A stretch of 63,061 bases of DNA, filler included, from Rhabdomonas costata (GCA_019059605.1; 37 parts of 37 records of this genome joined end to end with filler, not necessarily neighbours in it); one strand, 5' to 3'. Positions 24,978-37,580 are shown, counted from the first letter of the whole stretch. Notes: a model not told the origin generated them from the letters alone. Made by a program: numbers and translations.

Positions 24978-25516
24978 AGTGCTCGCGAGAGATACGTTTG
25001 GAGCGAACGGTGCCGTGGGATACCAGCTCATCGCCGAATGTTCCACTTATGGTAACGCCCCTTCTGCCCCAGGGGTCTCGGGTCTTTGTCGTGCAGCTAC
25101 ATTTTTGCACTGACTGCTCGCTGTGCTCCATTTCTGTACGACCCGTTGTGTGTGTGGCCCAGCGCACAAGAAGGAAGAACGACCACGCCCAAAAGCACCT
25201 GAAGGTGATGGGCATGCCCCAGCGACTCCCAGGAAGCCAGCGGAAGCAGCAAGCAGGTGACGGGCAGAACACTCAGTGACCCAAGACTACCCAAAAATGA
25301 GAAAATCGGCGGTGTCGATGACGTAGAGGTCTGATTAGTCCTGCACCAGCCATTTTAGCCGCAGTAAAGAATCCAACAAGGCCCCACACAGTGCTCGCGA
25401 GAGATACGTTTGGAGCGAACGGTGCCGTGGGATACCAGCTCATCGCCGAATGTTCCACTTATGGTAACGCCCCTTCTGCCCCAGGGGTCTCGGGTCTTTG
25501 TCGTGCAGCTACATTT
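24978..25516 (+). repeat. Exact 127-bp direct duplication (24978-25104 and 25390-25516) at the contig end
   Basis: Identical copies; the second ends the contig. Probably an amplification or assembly artefact. Confidence 0.85.
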
Positions 25517-27071
25517 NNNNNNNNNNNNNNNNNNNNNNNNNNNNNNNNNNNNNNNNNNNNTTAATTAATTAANNNNNNNNNNNNNNNNNNNNNNNNNNNN
25601 NNNNNNNNNNNNNNNNGTGGGGGGTGGTGTTCTACTCGCTGTGACTGTCTCACTCTGGCCCTACCCCCCTGACGGAACGCCGAGGGGGTAATCTCCGTTT
25701 TGTCACGAGTAACGATTACTCCGGTTCTGGTGGCTCCAGACGGGCGTGTTATACCCTGCACCCGCGCCAGGGTTTCCCCTCTTTTTGTTCCCAGGCACCG
25801 GTAAGATCACTGATTCTCTCCTTGAAAACCATCTTCACCTCCGTCAACATGGCTTTCACCTCTCTCACTTTTCAGTTTTTACAATTTTTTTTTTGCAAAT
25901 TTTTGGATACTTTTTCTACAATTATAACTGGCACGCAAAGATTTGATAGTAGTATACTCAGTCAGCTGAACTCAGTAAATTTAGAGCTGGACCTCCGAAA
26001 TGTTGGGTATGCAGCCCATGCGATTGAGTTTAGGGATTAGCACTGCTCCCATGAGAAGGGATCGGGTGTGACTAGTACAGCTGGGAATGGATAATGGCAC
26101 ACTACAACTCTAGAGTGCCGCCTTCATTTATAGCCTTCGAGGTCGGAGATGGGTTTTTCGTTCCCACTTCCGACAATGTACTGCCGAGTCCTTCTCTTCT
26201 CTGCCCCGCCTTCTCTTCCCTTCACACAAGCGCAAGTAATCACCCACCCAGTCCCCGAAAAGAGCTCCCGCCTAGACCGAGGCTACGTCGCCGCGAATGT
26301 CAAGCGGAGGAAGCTTCACAAGACCCCCTGCACGTCAACCAACTTGGATGACAATGGGAACCTTTCGCGCATACGTCCGTTTTGCCAACGCCAGCAACGT
26401 CTCTTTCGCGCGTGTTGTGGAGGCATTTTAGCGGACCTTCGCAGAAACGGGCGAAGGGCTTGTAGACCCACAGCAGGTTCAGAGGGGAGAACTTCAGCCA
26501 CGGCCTTAGCTGGGCCAGCGCCGCGAACCTCACCAGAAAGTCCAGCGGGCCGGAGGGCTGCGAAGACTGTTGAGCAGAGGGCAGGGCGCCCGACTCCTGT
26601 GCGTGAACAGAATGCACGCGGCCAGCTCGCGGGGAGTTGAAAATGAATATGTGTGGGTAGTCCCAGAGGCATGACAATGGGATAGTGTCCAACAGGAGTC
26701 ACTTGCCTCGGGGCGAAAAGTATCAAAGTCCACCGAAAGGAATATTATCGAATTCTATCGAATCCTATCTCCCACCACACTCATGCGCAACCAGACGTGA
26801 GCAGAGCGTGACGGGCTTACCAGAAGCTAAGCATACTACAAAAGTCAGTTCACCACTAACTCTCTCTCTGTGTGCACTTAATCCTTGACTGCGTTTGTAT
26901 GCGCCTGCATCGTCACTCCGGAACCAACGCATCCCAAAACGATCTCCTGGGCGCCAAATTTGCTTTACAACTCATCGATCCCTCACCGGCAAGCCACAGG
27001 CTCACCGGTACAATTGAGTCACTGTTACACTGGTAACCCAATGGACTTCTGCAGGTGATGTTGCTGTTCTC

Positions 27072-27216
27072 GTGATAGATGACACAACGAAGGAACCACG
27101 GATGCGGATGTGCGTGCATCCTCATACCTGCACTGCGGCGGCAGCTGTTGCGGAGTGCAGGTATGAGGATGCACGCACATCCGCATCCGTGGTTCCTTCG
27201 TTGTGTCATCTATCAC
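27072..27216. repeat. Perfect 63-bp inverted repeat with a 19-nt spacer at the contig end
   Basis: 27072-27134 is the exact reverse complement of 27154-27216. Confidence 0.9.
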
Positions 27217-27543
27217 CACAACANNNNNNNNNNNNNNNNNNNNNNNNNNNNNNNNNNNNNNNNNNNNTTAATTAATTAANNNNNNNNNNNNNNNNNNNNN
27301 NNNNNNNNNNNNNNNNNNNNNNNGTGGTGGTTTGTCAACTTTTTCACTTGCCTTGCCTCGACCTTCCATCACTTTTTGCTGGACGAAAACGTTTTTTAAA
27401 CAGATGGGCCTGCCTTAGCAAGGCGGAATTTCAGTCGTTATAGTTAAACCCAACACCCCCGTCCCGATTCCATTGATGTTTTCACTGCCCATCCTGTTTC
27501 CTTCTGCGTGGTGTAAGTTCGGTAGGGGGATGGGGGTTCTCAG

Positions 27544-27710
27544 GACAGTGTGGGGGGCGCAGCAGACTCGGAGCGCCCTCCGGAAAGACCTGTGAGAACG
27601 ACTTGCAATCACTGGTTTCACGCGCAGTGTTTGCGGCGGCAGCTGTGTGGCACCCAAGGGATGCGCCCGGAATGCCCGAAATGCCCCGTCTGCCGAAGGT
27701 TGGTCTTCAC
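27544..27710 (+). CDS. RING-H2 finger fragment (probable E3 ligase exon or pseudogene)
   Basis: TTCNHWFHAQCL...CPVCR. The first Cys pair is not intact in frame upstream. CAG acceptor at 27543. Confidence 0.65.
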
Positions 27711-29031
27711 TCCTATCTCCCCGCTCAAATGGAGAAAACTGCTACACTTCACCATCAGAGCGGGCAACACGACCGTCCTCTCTCGCCGACGTCACTTTCC
27801 ATCGTTGAGTGTTTGCTGCCGGGCTGTGCCTGCCCCTTCAAAATGCCTCCCACAGAGGCTGTCACATCGTCGGTCAGTAATTCTCTCTGGAACAATAGTA
27901 ATCGGGTGCCAAGGAGCATCTCTCCGGTCGCCTTTTTTTGGTTTGACTCTTCCATCAATCACTTCAAAGACTTCCATCAAACGCGCCTGAGCAAGACACA
28001 TCTGCCAGCTTTTTGACGTATTTAAACACGTCGTTCGTGTTTTAGTTTCACTTTCTCGTTTGGTGAGGCCTTTCAAGGGCTCTGGTGGTTAACTGGTGGA
28101 GTTTTATCGTGGGTGCGAAATGGCCTTTGATTTTGCAAAATAGTGGCCTGTTCCAGGGTCCCGTTTCCTCTGCCCTTCGCCCATCACCATAATGAAACAC
28201 CACACTTCCACACCTCATCTGCGCCACCATAGGACAGAAACTGCAGTAGTAACGGGGGGTCGGGACAGGGACAACCCCCTTGCGTCGAGCGAGGGATGTA
28301 CCTCTGAGACTCTTCAGTGCTCGGTCTCCAGGTGCAGTCAAGGAGAGCCCCTGATCAGCGGCCGCTCCTACTCGCTGTTCCTGCTGCTAGTTTACGACCC
28401 AATGTTTGCTCTAGATTCGTATTTTGTTCTCCGAGTTTTGCGAGATTGTCGTGCCTCCAGTGCCCATGACAGTGCAAGCTAGTAGCTCGGTATGGGTTGC
28501 ACAAATGAAACCTCGTTGAGGTTGCGGCGCAACATTCTAATCCCGCAGTCCTGTGGCTGTGTATTTGCTTCTGCAGGTGGCTTTCCATGGGGGAGGTGTT
28601 AGCTCACCTTGCACCTCATGTACAAATCTCTTATGTATTAATCTGGTGGATCTATTAATTTAGCGGCTGATCTCGTCTGAAACTGTGGTTGTCAAAACCC
28701 GTCCAGATTTTTGGTTCTGCCTCACTGTAGAACATCAGAACAGTCGAGGACGAGAGACCGGGACGAATTTGTGCTTTCCAAGACCATGACAGCTCTCCTG
28801 AAACATCCTCTGAGATCCAAAGTGCGATATTGTGCCCCCCGCCATGCAACCCAGCCTTTTGTCCCAATAAGATTAGCAACATATATTCGGTTTCTGAAGA
28901 AATCAACCCACACCCACGCACCCCCCCACACNNNNNNNNNNNNNNNNNNNNNNNNNNNNNNNNNNNNNNNNNNNNTTAATTAATTAANNNNNNNNNNNNN
29001 NNNNNNNNNNNNNNNNNNNNNNNNNNNNNNN

Positions 29032-30297
29032 GGGGTTGGGGCAAACCTGAGGAACAACGTATGGTTCACTTTGTTGTCTTCCGCAAGTAGTACACGAAGC
29101 GTTTCATCGCCTTCAACTGCTTCAAAAGCAGACGGTTTCACGGAGCCTGAGCTCGCCGAGTCTGCCACCGAGTGCGTCAGAATCTTCAGGCAAGCACGAA
29201 GCTCAGCCACATCTACCGGAGACTTGATCGACAACTCTGGGAACGCGCTGCTTGCTTTGTGGGGCACGATGTGAGGCACCACGGCACATATCAGGCTGCC
29301 TTGCTGCTTCCACTGCTCCGCACGCTCCGAGCCCAGCAATGAGGGACAAACGAACACAACATTCGGGGGCTCCTCTGGGGCCCCAACGGGATTGAACACA
29401 CATACTCCGATGTACCGCAACATGTTGCTCAGCGCCTCCTGGCGAGATGCGTCGTCGTCAAGAACTAGAGCAGAGCATGAAAGCCATCCCGGAAGGTTTT
29501 TCACAACCGGCGCAGCAATCTCAAACGAAAACTGCGACCCCTTGCCCTTGCCTGCGCTGCTCGCAGTGATGGTGCCACCCATGGTAGTAACGAGCTGCTG
29601 GCAGATCGATAGGCCGAGCCCTGTGCCCCCTCGGCCATGGTCGGCCTGGAAAAACTTCTGGAAGAGACATTGCTGCTCCTCTTCCGTCATCCCGATCCCC
29701 GTGTCCGCTACAACGATCGACAGTTTGCCCTCCACAGAGCTCCAGTCCGCATTCAGCGTCACCCGGCCACCGTCGCAGAACTTCAGCGCATTCGTAACAA
29801 GGTTTGTCAGCACCCGGTGCAGAAGCACTCGGTCACAAAGAACACACGAGGGGACGTTGGGGGTGACGTTCAGCAGGAGCTCCGTCTTCCGCTGCAGGGC
29901 CTGCACTTCAAGCATCCGCAGCACCTCCACCGCAAGCCGGCGAACGCTCACTCGCTTCGGAACAACTTTCATCCGCGCTCCACGCAGCTTGCTCATGTCC
30001 AGCAGATTGTTCACCAGCGCCACGGCATGTTGCAGTGCTCCCCACGCCTTCCGAAGCAAATCCTTCCGATCCTCCTCTTCCATCCCATCGCCCTCCATAA
30101 GGATCTGCAGAACTGACAGCGCCGTGGTTAGCGGGGTGCGGACGTCATGGCTGATACTGGCGAGGGAAGCGGCGTCGTCCAGAAACCCGCTGGTTCCCAT
30201 ATCGGAGGCCATTTCTACGTCCCTGGACCCGGAGAGGTCGGTCAGTTCGTGAGGAATTTCCGCTGTTTGCCCTGGACCCGGCTCAGGAAGCATCCAT
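29032..30297 (-). CDS. Hybrid sensor histidine kinase exon (HisKA-HATPase-degenerate REC-REC start), partial
   Basis: H-box SHDVRTPL, N-box NLVTNALKF, G1 DTGIGM, F-box FQKFFQ, G2 GGTGLGLSIC, receiver start LRVLLAEDNKVN. Preceded by a CCTTTTCTCCGCAG splice acceptor. Confidence 0.93.
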
Positions 30298-31237
30298 CTG
30301 CGGAGAAAAGGCGTACTATTGAAACGTTTCTTTTGGGAATTGAAGATCCGTGAAAGGTGAGCGACTTCGGGAAGAACCTGTAACTTGGAAATTGGGGTAA
30401 CGTGGACGTTAAGCGCGTGTGCAAATGTGCAATGTGAAATAAAATTGGGTTGATTTTACCGCCATGCTGCGATTGTGCCCACAATAACGTCCCCATAAAC
30501 AAACGTGCCGGTCGAGAAACGGGCATGCGGCGGATGGAAGTATACACAGAAACTCAGGCATCTATAAAATGCCTCCCCCGCATGCAGGGTCAAAAGAACA
30601 GAAGACCCTGAACGAAAAAGGTCCATCACCACAAAACCCNNNNNNNNNNNNNNNNNNNNNNNNNNNNNNNNNNNNNNNNNNNNTTAATTAATTAANNNNN
30701 NNNNNNNNNNNNNNNNNNNNNNNNNNNNNNNNNNNNNNNTGTGTTGGGTGTGGGTTGCAGCGCTGGATATGGATTGAATGGAAAAACCTCACACAGCATG
30801 GCGGGAGCGGAGTTCAGGAGGCATTGCATTTGCAGACAAAGGAACACAGAAATTAGCTGTGTATGAACTGGTGGAGCCGACAGAGGCTTGATGCAATGAT
30901 AGCTGGGGGACCATGGCTTTCTTCGTGCAAATCCTCATCCTTGCAGGACCACACAAAGAAGTTATCGTAATCATCCCCTCACTCCTTGCATAATGAGTTC
31001 TGTGCTTACCACTGTCGCCCCGCTGCGGTGGTTCGCCCATGGCTTCACCGCTGGGCATGCACTTATTTGGTAAAGAGGATGACGCATTTTGGAGCCACAG
31101 CCGATGATATCCCCTTAGGACCTTCTCGCTCTGACTCCAGCAACTCCGCTCGCATGCATCGGTGATGCCTGCACTCCAGAGCAAGCGCCGTCTCACCTCT
31201 TTTAGTGCGACCACTAACGCACCCTTCTCTCTGCCTC

Positions 31238-32124
31238 TTTGACCAGGGCCTCATTTTCAGCCGAGCGGGGCTTTTCTGGGTCCGAGGCTTCAATCGGAAC
31301 CAGGCGCTTCGCCACTATGTGGTCCACAAGCACCCACTGCTGCTGCAGGGTGAGCTCCATCTCCCGCTCAATGGTGAGCTGCTCGCCCTCCTCGGGGGTG
31401 CACATTGCGAGGTGGGCCTGCGTTTCAAGATCGCACAGCCGTTTCAAGATCGCACAATTCCCTTGGCAACCAGTCTTAAACAAGATCTTATCCGTATCAT
31501 TTTCAACTACTTGAAAGGAAAAGTATGCATACATAACAGAATGGGAGAAATATATGAGTCACGAGAGGTTGACTTTCATTCCCCTTCACAACTGATTTAA
31601 GCTGGACTCAGGTCATCGCTCACTATTTCTCTCTCAAGACAACACAAATGTAAATGGACCAACACATGGAATGCCCTGCCTTCCACTGTACCAAAGCGAT
31701 CCTCCCTTTTCCTTCAAACTTCCCTCGTTTTTCCCAACAATGTCCACTGACCACAGCATCACCCAACGTGTCTCTCATTCTCACGGATCAGCACTCAATC
31801 TCCATTTACGCTTCCATATTCATTAACCAGCTTGTACAATACGTCCAATAAGGCGGTCAGTCAACCTTGGTCCCTCCGCACATCACACGTGCCCCAGCAA
31901 GGCACAAATTTTTCCTTACCAACAGTAAAACCTTGCTTGGGCTGATCATTGAGGTGGGGGCAAATGCAGCAGAACCAAAATCACACCTCTCGCTGGGAGT
32001 GCCTCTTGATGTAGTTCTGCAGCTTCTTGTAACCCCGGGTGAGCTGCAGCTCCTGCTCCGTGTGCCAGGTGTTGTGGATGTGGGCGAAGCCCTTCCAGTT
32101 GATGTGGTACTCACGGACCTCGGC
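31238..32124 (-). CDS. CHD1: CHD1/2-type chromatin remodeller, tandem chromodomain exons (~32124-31987 and 31417-~31238)
   Basis: [32 protein letters not shown] (chromodomain 1) joins in phase via GT-AG intron 31986-31418 to [15 protein letters not shown]...VDHIVAKR...EALVK (linker and chromodomain 2 start). Confidence 0.85.
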
Positions 32125-32739
32125 CTCTTGGGTGCACCGTGAGGTGCGCACCAGGGTCCTTTCGGTGGTTGGAGTGCCCAACGAGCTCTGCAGTGGAGTG
32201 CCCAACGAGCCCTGCAGCCCCCCCTCCCCCAAGAAACACACACACACACACACACACACACGCAGAAACAGCAACCGCTCTTCGGGCAGACCAAAACGCC
32301 CACTCTTGTAATCAACAGGCAAACAATACTTGCTGTCAGTGTTTGGGGNNNNNNNNNNNNNNNNNNNNNNNNNNNNNNNNNNNNNNNNNNNNTTAATTAA
32401 TTAANNNNNNNNNNNNNNNNNNNNNNNNNNNNNNNNNNNNNNNNNNNNTTTTTTGTTGGGATGGCTCCACTTCTGCTAAGTGGCTGCTTCCTTTGGACTC
32501 AGTCGGCTTTTTCGCCCTAGTCGCGATTCTAAGGGTCCGGTACTGTTTGCACTTCAGAGACAAAGGTTTCGTCCGGAGGATGTGTGCGTGAGTGCCAGAA
32601 AGCATCTGCTTGTTATTGTCTTGGAACCTTGTGCTTGCAGCTGTCACTTTGAACCTTTTGGGGGGAGCCCAAAAAAACTTTCACATGGCACACGGTGTGC
32701 CAGTGCGTCACCTGATTTGCGTGTTCCCTTTTTTCTCAG

Positions 32740-33469
32740 AGTGGAGCGAGCTCTGTACGAGGCGGTGTGCCTGAGCTCCCCTGCGCCGCGTGCTTCTTCG
32801 GAGCAGCCCGAGCCGCCGTGCTGCTCCCCGGGAGGGCTTCCCCCCACTCTTCTTTTGCAGTGTCCCAGCACGGGCTGGGTCCAGCTTCTGGTGCAGCAGG
32901 CCGCCCACAGCCTAGGGCTGCAGCTGCTGGAGATCTCCTGTCACGCCCTTGCCCCAACCGAGCTGCCCTCTCTTCTTCGCACCGCCGCACGGCATGGGCC
33001 TGGGGTGGCCCACCTCAGGCACTTGGAGGCCCTTCTGGACGCCGTAGGGCCCCCCGAGGGCCCTGGGGGTCTGGCCGACGTAGGCGGGGTTGGGATGGAG
33101 GAGGACGAGGCAGAGCATGTGGGGAAGCCCGATGGGGCTACTCGAGGCAGTCTTCTGGCTGGGCTGCTGCGAGAGGCACTGCAGGGTATCGCGGTGGCGG
33201 GAGACAGTGGGCTGGTGGTGGTGTGCAGCTCAGGGCAGGCCATGCCCCTGGCGTTCCGGCACAGGGTGGGCGCCGAGGTAATGGTGGAGGTCCCGTCCGC
33301 GCGGGAGAGGGCGGGGGTGCTGCAGGAGCTGCTGCGGGGCACGTCCTGCCCCTCGGAGGTGGTGTCCTGGGGCTCGCTCTCTGCCGCAGCGTCGGGGCTA
33401 GGGGTCACGGACCTCGCGCAGTGCGTGGCTGCTGCTGCGGTGCGGTCTATAGCGGAAGCCTCTTCTGCG
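32740..33469 (+). CDS. PEX6: PEX6-like AAA ATPase, degenerate D1 domain exon
   Basis: TLLL...AAHSLGLQLLEISC..L...P.V.HLRHLEAL...VVVCSS....P...R.....V.VP...ER..VL...L....GL...DL matches the PEX6 D1 layout, with Walker A lost. TTTTTCTCAG acceptor and GTCAGT donor. Confidence 0.7.
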
Positions 33470-34190
33470 GTCAGTGCTGCTGCTGCTGCTGCTGCTGCGG
33501 TAGTTCGGCGTCCGGTGTGGGGTTTGGAGGGGCGGTGTCCGGCCTGTCGTGAATGCTCATTTTGCAATGATCTACTCGCCTTTTCAGCAGCAACGAATTA
33601 GACCTGTGCAGTCAACTTTACCCACTCCCAACAGCCCACTAGCTTGGTTTGGGGGGTAACGAGGGCAAGGCTTGGTTGCCTCTGCCACCCATTGCTAAAC
33701 ATTCCCTCATGCATCATTCGATATTCCCACAAAGCAGTAGGCCACGGGTGCGACGGTTTTCCCTTCACCACTAATCCACTGTTACGTTACCTCAGTTTGA
33801 GCGTCGTTGCTTTCATCAGGCTGTACGTCCCCGACTCACACACACATGCAAAAGGTAAGTGCGCGACAAAGGCCCGGGACCCGCGGGGCAGAAGGGAGCT
33901 TACCGTATGTGAAACGTTAGGCGGTGAGCCGGTACCCCGCACGGCACCGTTCGCTTCAAGGGCGACTCTCGCGATCTCGCGAGCACCCAATTTGCCAACA
34001 GCGCCAGTCAGTCCACAGCAGTCACCAACAGTCAGTTAGGCAACAGCCACCACAAANNNNNNNNNNNNNNNNNNNNNNNNNNNNNNNNNNNNNNNNNNNN
34101 TTAATTAATTAANNNNNNNNNNNNNNNNNNNNNNNNNNNNNNNNNNNNNNNNNNNNGGGGTTGTGTTCAATGTGGCCTGGAATCAGGGCC

Positions 34191-35225
34191 CCACCCACAA
34201 GCCACACAGCAAAGGGCCAAGACGATCTTCCGGTTGAACATGGAGAGAGGCACAAGGGGGTTGTCCACCCTGGTTTCCACGAAGAAGAAGCCCACCACAA
34301 GCAGGACACCAGCGATGAGGAGGATGTAGGTGTAGGGGGTGACCCAGCCCACGTTGGGGCCCTGATTCCAGGCCACATTGAACAGAACCAGCCCAGACAC
34401 GCCCAAAATGGTGCCCCAGTAGTCAAACGTCTCCTCCTCGGTGCGCTCGTCGGGCTCGTCCGCGGGAATGACCAGCACACACAGCACCCCAACTGCAGCA
34501 GAAACTGCCGCGCAGATGTAGAAGGTCCATTCCCAGGACGCCAGCTGGGCCAGAAGGCTGGTGAAGACGGCCCCAAGCACTGCACCCGAAGGGGCGCAGG
34601 CCCCGAAGAGGGAGAACACCATGTTCTGCTTCACCCCGGGGGGGTATGAGCGCCCGATAATCGCCAAGGCGTTGGTGAGTAGGAAGGCCGGGCCTATACC
34701 CTGTAGCCCACGGCATACACAGAAGAACAGAAAGTTGGTGTAGTGACTGAGTCCCGCCAGCAGAGAGCCCAGAACGAGCCATAAGAACCCAATCAGGTAC
34801 ATCCGCTTGTGCCCAAAAAGGTCGCCCAACCGCCCCGCGCAAAGGATGAACGTGCCCACGGTGAGGCTATAGGCCGCCACGCTCCAGCTCAGGGTGGTGA
34901 CCTCCGCCACCCCAAATGACACCCCAATGAAGTGCAGGGGCATCAGACCCTGCGTCACGCCGGCCTGGGTGATGATCTGGGCAAACATCAGCACGAACAC
35001 AAGAAGGGCTTCGCGCGTGGCGGAGAGCTGTGGGAAATGCGAAGGTGAGCCGGCTCCGCCCGCGTCCAACTTCGCAGGCCGAGAACCGGACTCAAGCTCA
35101 AAGACAGCCTCCGATCCGGGGGAGGTAGGAGACACCACTGGAGATCGCACCGCGGCCTTCGACAATGCCCTCTCCGTAGGGACTGGGAGTTCCTGAAAAT
35201 CGGTGCTGGTCCCACTCGTTGCCAT
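34191..35225 (-). CDS. MFS drug:H+ antiporter (DHA2), fungal ATR1/aminotriazole-resistance type, partial
   Basis: AQIITQAG..Q...PLH.IG.SFG, SW..AAYSLTVGTFIL.AGRLGDLFGHK, RGLQGIGPA, FSLFGACAP.G, GLVLFNVAWNQGP.VGW..PY. Intronless. Confidence 0.92.
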
Positions 35226-35872
35226 GGTAGTGCGGAGGAAGGCCCGAAGTGAAAAGCGAAACAAGCTAAACAACTGTAGTGAGTAGCAAAAAACACAGAA
35301 TGCAGAGGTGAAAGACTCGCAAAGCTTCCATTGCAATTGATCTGAAGATTGAAAATCATACCATATACCCCGTCATTGAAGAACTATAAATAATAATAAA
35401 TAGTTTGGTCCCAATGTTGTAGCCCCGCTCCACGGAACACCAACGGTGATGGAGATCGAAAAGACACGATACCGTTTCACCAATTTGTTTAAACCAGAAG
35501 TGTTCTGGCCTCGCAATCGCTGCTCAGAGAATCAAGGAAAGACCTTACAGAAACACCTGAAGAGAAGGTGCTATGCAACAATGAGAGGACACACCACTGA
35601 TTCCATCGATCCGGCAGTGTCCAGCTTCAGTTTTACACCAGGACAGCACCAGCAAGGCCAACCCAGAAACCAAAGCAAACGCAAATCAGCCAACTGTACA
35701 TGCACAAACTGGGCCTCAAAAAACTGCAACTCCCATCAACGCCAAAGGCACGAAAACCACCACANNNNNNNNNNNNNNNNNNNNNNNNNNNNNNNNNNNN
35801 NNNNNNNNTTAATTAATTAANNNNNNNNNNNNNNNNNNNNNNNNNNNNNNNNNNNNNNNNNNNNGTGTTTTT

Positions 35873-36640
35873 GTGTTTGGCGTTGAATATCTGGTTCACC
35901 TTCTCTCAGTTCAAGGCTTCTTCATAAGTCCAAAATCTGTGCTCATCACCTCCAGTACTATCTCTTGGCTCGGTAGATGCTTTCTGCCGCTGAAGGCACA
36001 CTGCTCAACGATCCCCGACGCACCGGGCACTGTATGTTTCATCTGTGGTGTCTCCGTTGTTGTAAGTATTCATTTAGTTCTTTTCAACTGCTTCTTGGAT
36101 CCATCAGTGGCTTGCGTTCCATGGTCTTCCAACGGCACACTTGCTGACCAGCGCGTACTCATTTTTGTTTTCTCACGCGGCTGTTCAGCTCCTGCCTCGC
36201 AACCCCTGGACCTCTCTGGATTTTGTCATTCTTCTTTCTACCGGTTGTTTGCAACCGCGTCTTTTGCCGCCACCTCTTTGCTTGTCTCTATTGTTTGTTG
36301 ACGCTGCCCCACCACAACAGGCTGGTTCACTGCTGCAGTAGTTCGTCCAGAGCAGTTCGTTTCAATTATTTCAACTCCCCTCTGGGTGCGTTCTCTCCAA
36401 TCAGCCGAACTTTATTCAGTCTTTTATGCTCTTAAACTCATGTACACACGCAAACTCCCCCACGCCTGCATCATCACGGATAATTCATCTGCTTACTTTA
36501 CGATTGTGCATAGCCGTATCAGTTCTCACCAACCAGACATCCTGCGCATCTTCCGCCGCATTGCACGTATGTGTCTACATTCCCACTTCCATCTCCAAAT
36601 GGCCATGCTTCCTTCTGAATAAAACATCGCTGACCGTTTT
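35873..36640 (+). mobile_element. Degenerate DIRS/Ngaro-type (tyrosine-recombinase class) retrotransposon RT C-terminus plus RNase H
   Basis: LLSVQGFFISPKS....STISWLG (RT thumb), then RNase H motifs LFVDAA, AELYSVFYAL, ITDNSSA, PSE*NIADRF, with frameshifts and a stop. Confidence 0.75.
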
Positions 36641-37580
36641 ACCCGATTCGGGTTCCACACGTCCCTCCGTCAGCCCTCCACCTTCTACCACTTCCTACAA
36701 GCCTCTACCGTTATTACCCGTCTTTGGTGGACCGCGTTTACCTGCACTATTTCCCATCCATGTGGACAACAGTGATGAGTGATGTTTGGCACACCACCAT
36801 TGTGATGGAAAGTAAACGGAAGTTTACGGAGGAAGCATCCCTTTCAATTACACACTTATGGTATGGTCATTGCCTTCACCTGAACAACTCATACCGCAGT
36901 TAGGCGTCACCAGTAGCACCCTTGACCCATCCATACGACTCTTTTCAACACCAGTGGCTTACAATTCAGAACTCCATACATATGCCAACGCATTCCACAT
37001 TGACGCTTCCTCTTCATCCTCTTCCAGGGTGAAATACCTGGGAATATAATGATACCTTATATACTCAAACAAGTCCACACACGGAACGACTAACAAATTG
37101 CTTCACATAGCCACGAGGATGGTTGGTTCCTTCTTCACCGGTCTAACATCCCAAAATCTTAAAAAGCAATCTATAATTCAACCTGCCGCCCTCTGGTCAG
37201 GTCTGCGCCTCTCACCTCACCTCTTACAATCGTCTTCTTTCCAAAAAAACAGCCCCATCAGCATGTTCACTCTTGACGCAAATCTTTAGAAATCGCCGCG
37301 CCTCCATGCCACCTGCTTCTTCCTCCAAGACTTTCCCATCGGAGACCGAACTCCTCAAAACATCGCTTGACTCTTCGACGCTTCGCCAAATCTCTCCTGT
37401 TTGCCGCTCCTTCTCGTGATGAACTTCTTGGCGCGACTTTGCCCTTAAGCAAGTAGATCACCATCACAAACCNNNNNNNNNNNNNNNNNNNNNNNNNNNN
37501 NNNNNNNNNNNNNNNNTTAATTAATTAANNNNNNNNNNNNNNNNNNNNNNNNNNNNNNNNNNNNNNNNNNNNGTTTGGCA

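Noticed and set aside
24978-25516. 127-bp direct repeat as LTRs or a circular element
   Set aside because: No TG..CA ends or coding content; the second copy follows a C/A primer-like tract and ends the contig.
27072-27216. Perfect long hairpin as a miRNA precursor, MITE or hairpin telomere
   Set aside because: It sits at a contig end, and two parallel cases truncate genes, so a fold-back amplification chimera is more likely.
29392-30252. Long antisense ORFs (also 7059-8042, 8695-9351, 32767-33552, 32941-33567, 34161-34649)
   Set aside because: Shadow frames of GC3-rich real coding sequence.
29032-35225. Histidine kinase, CHD1, PEX6 and MFS transporter as a gene cluster or system
   Set aside because: They lie on separate contigs ordered by length, so the adjacency is artificial.
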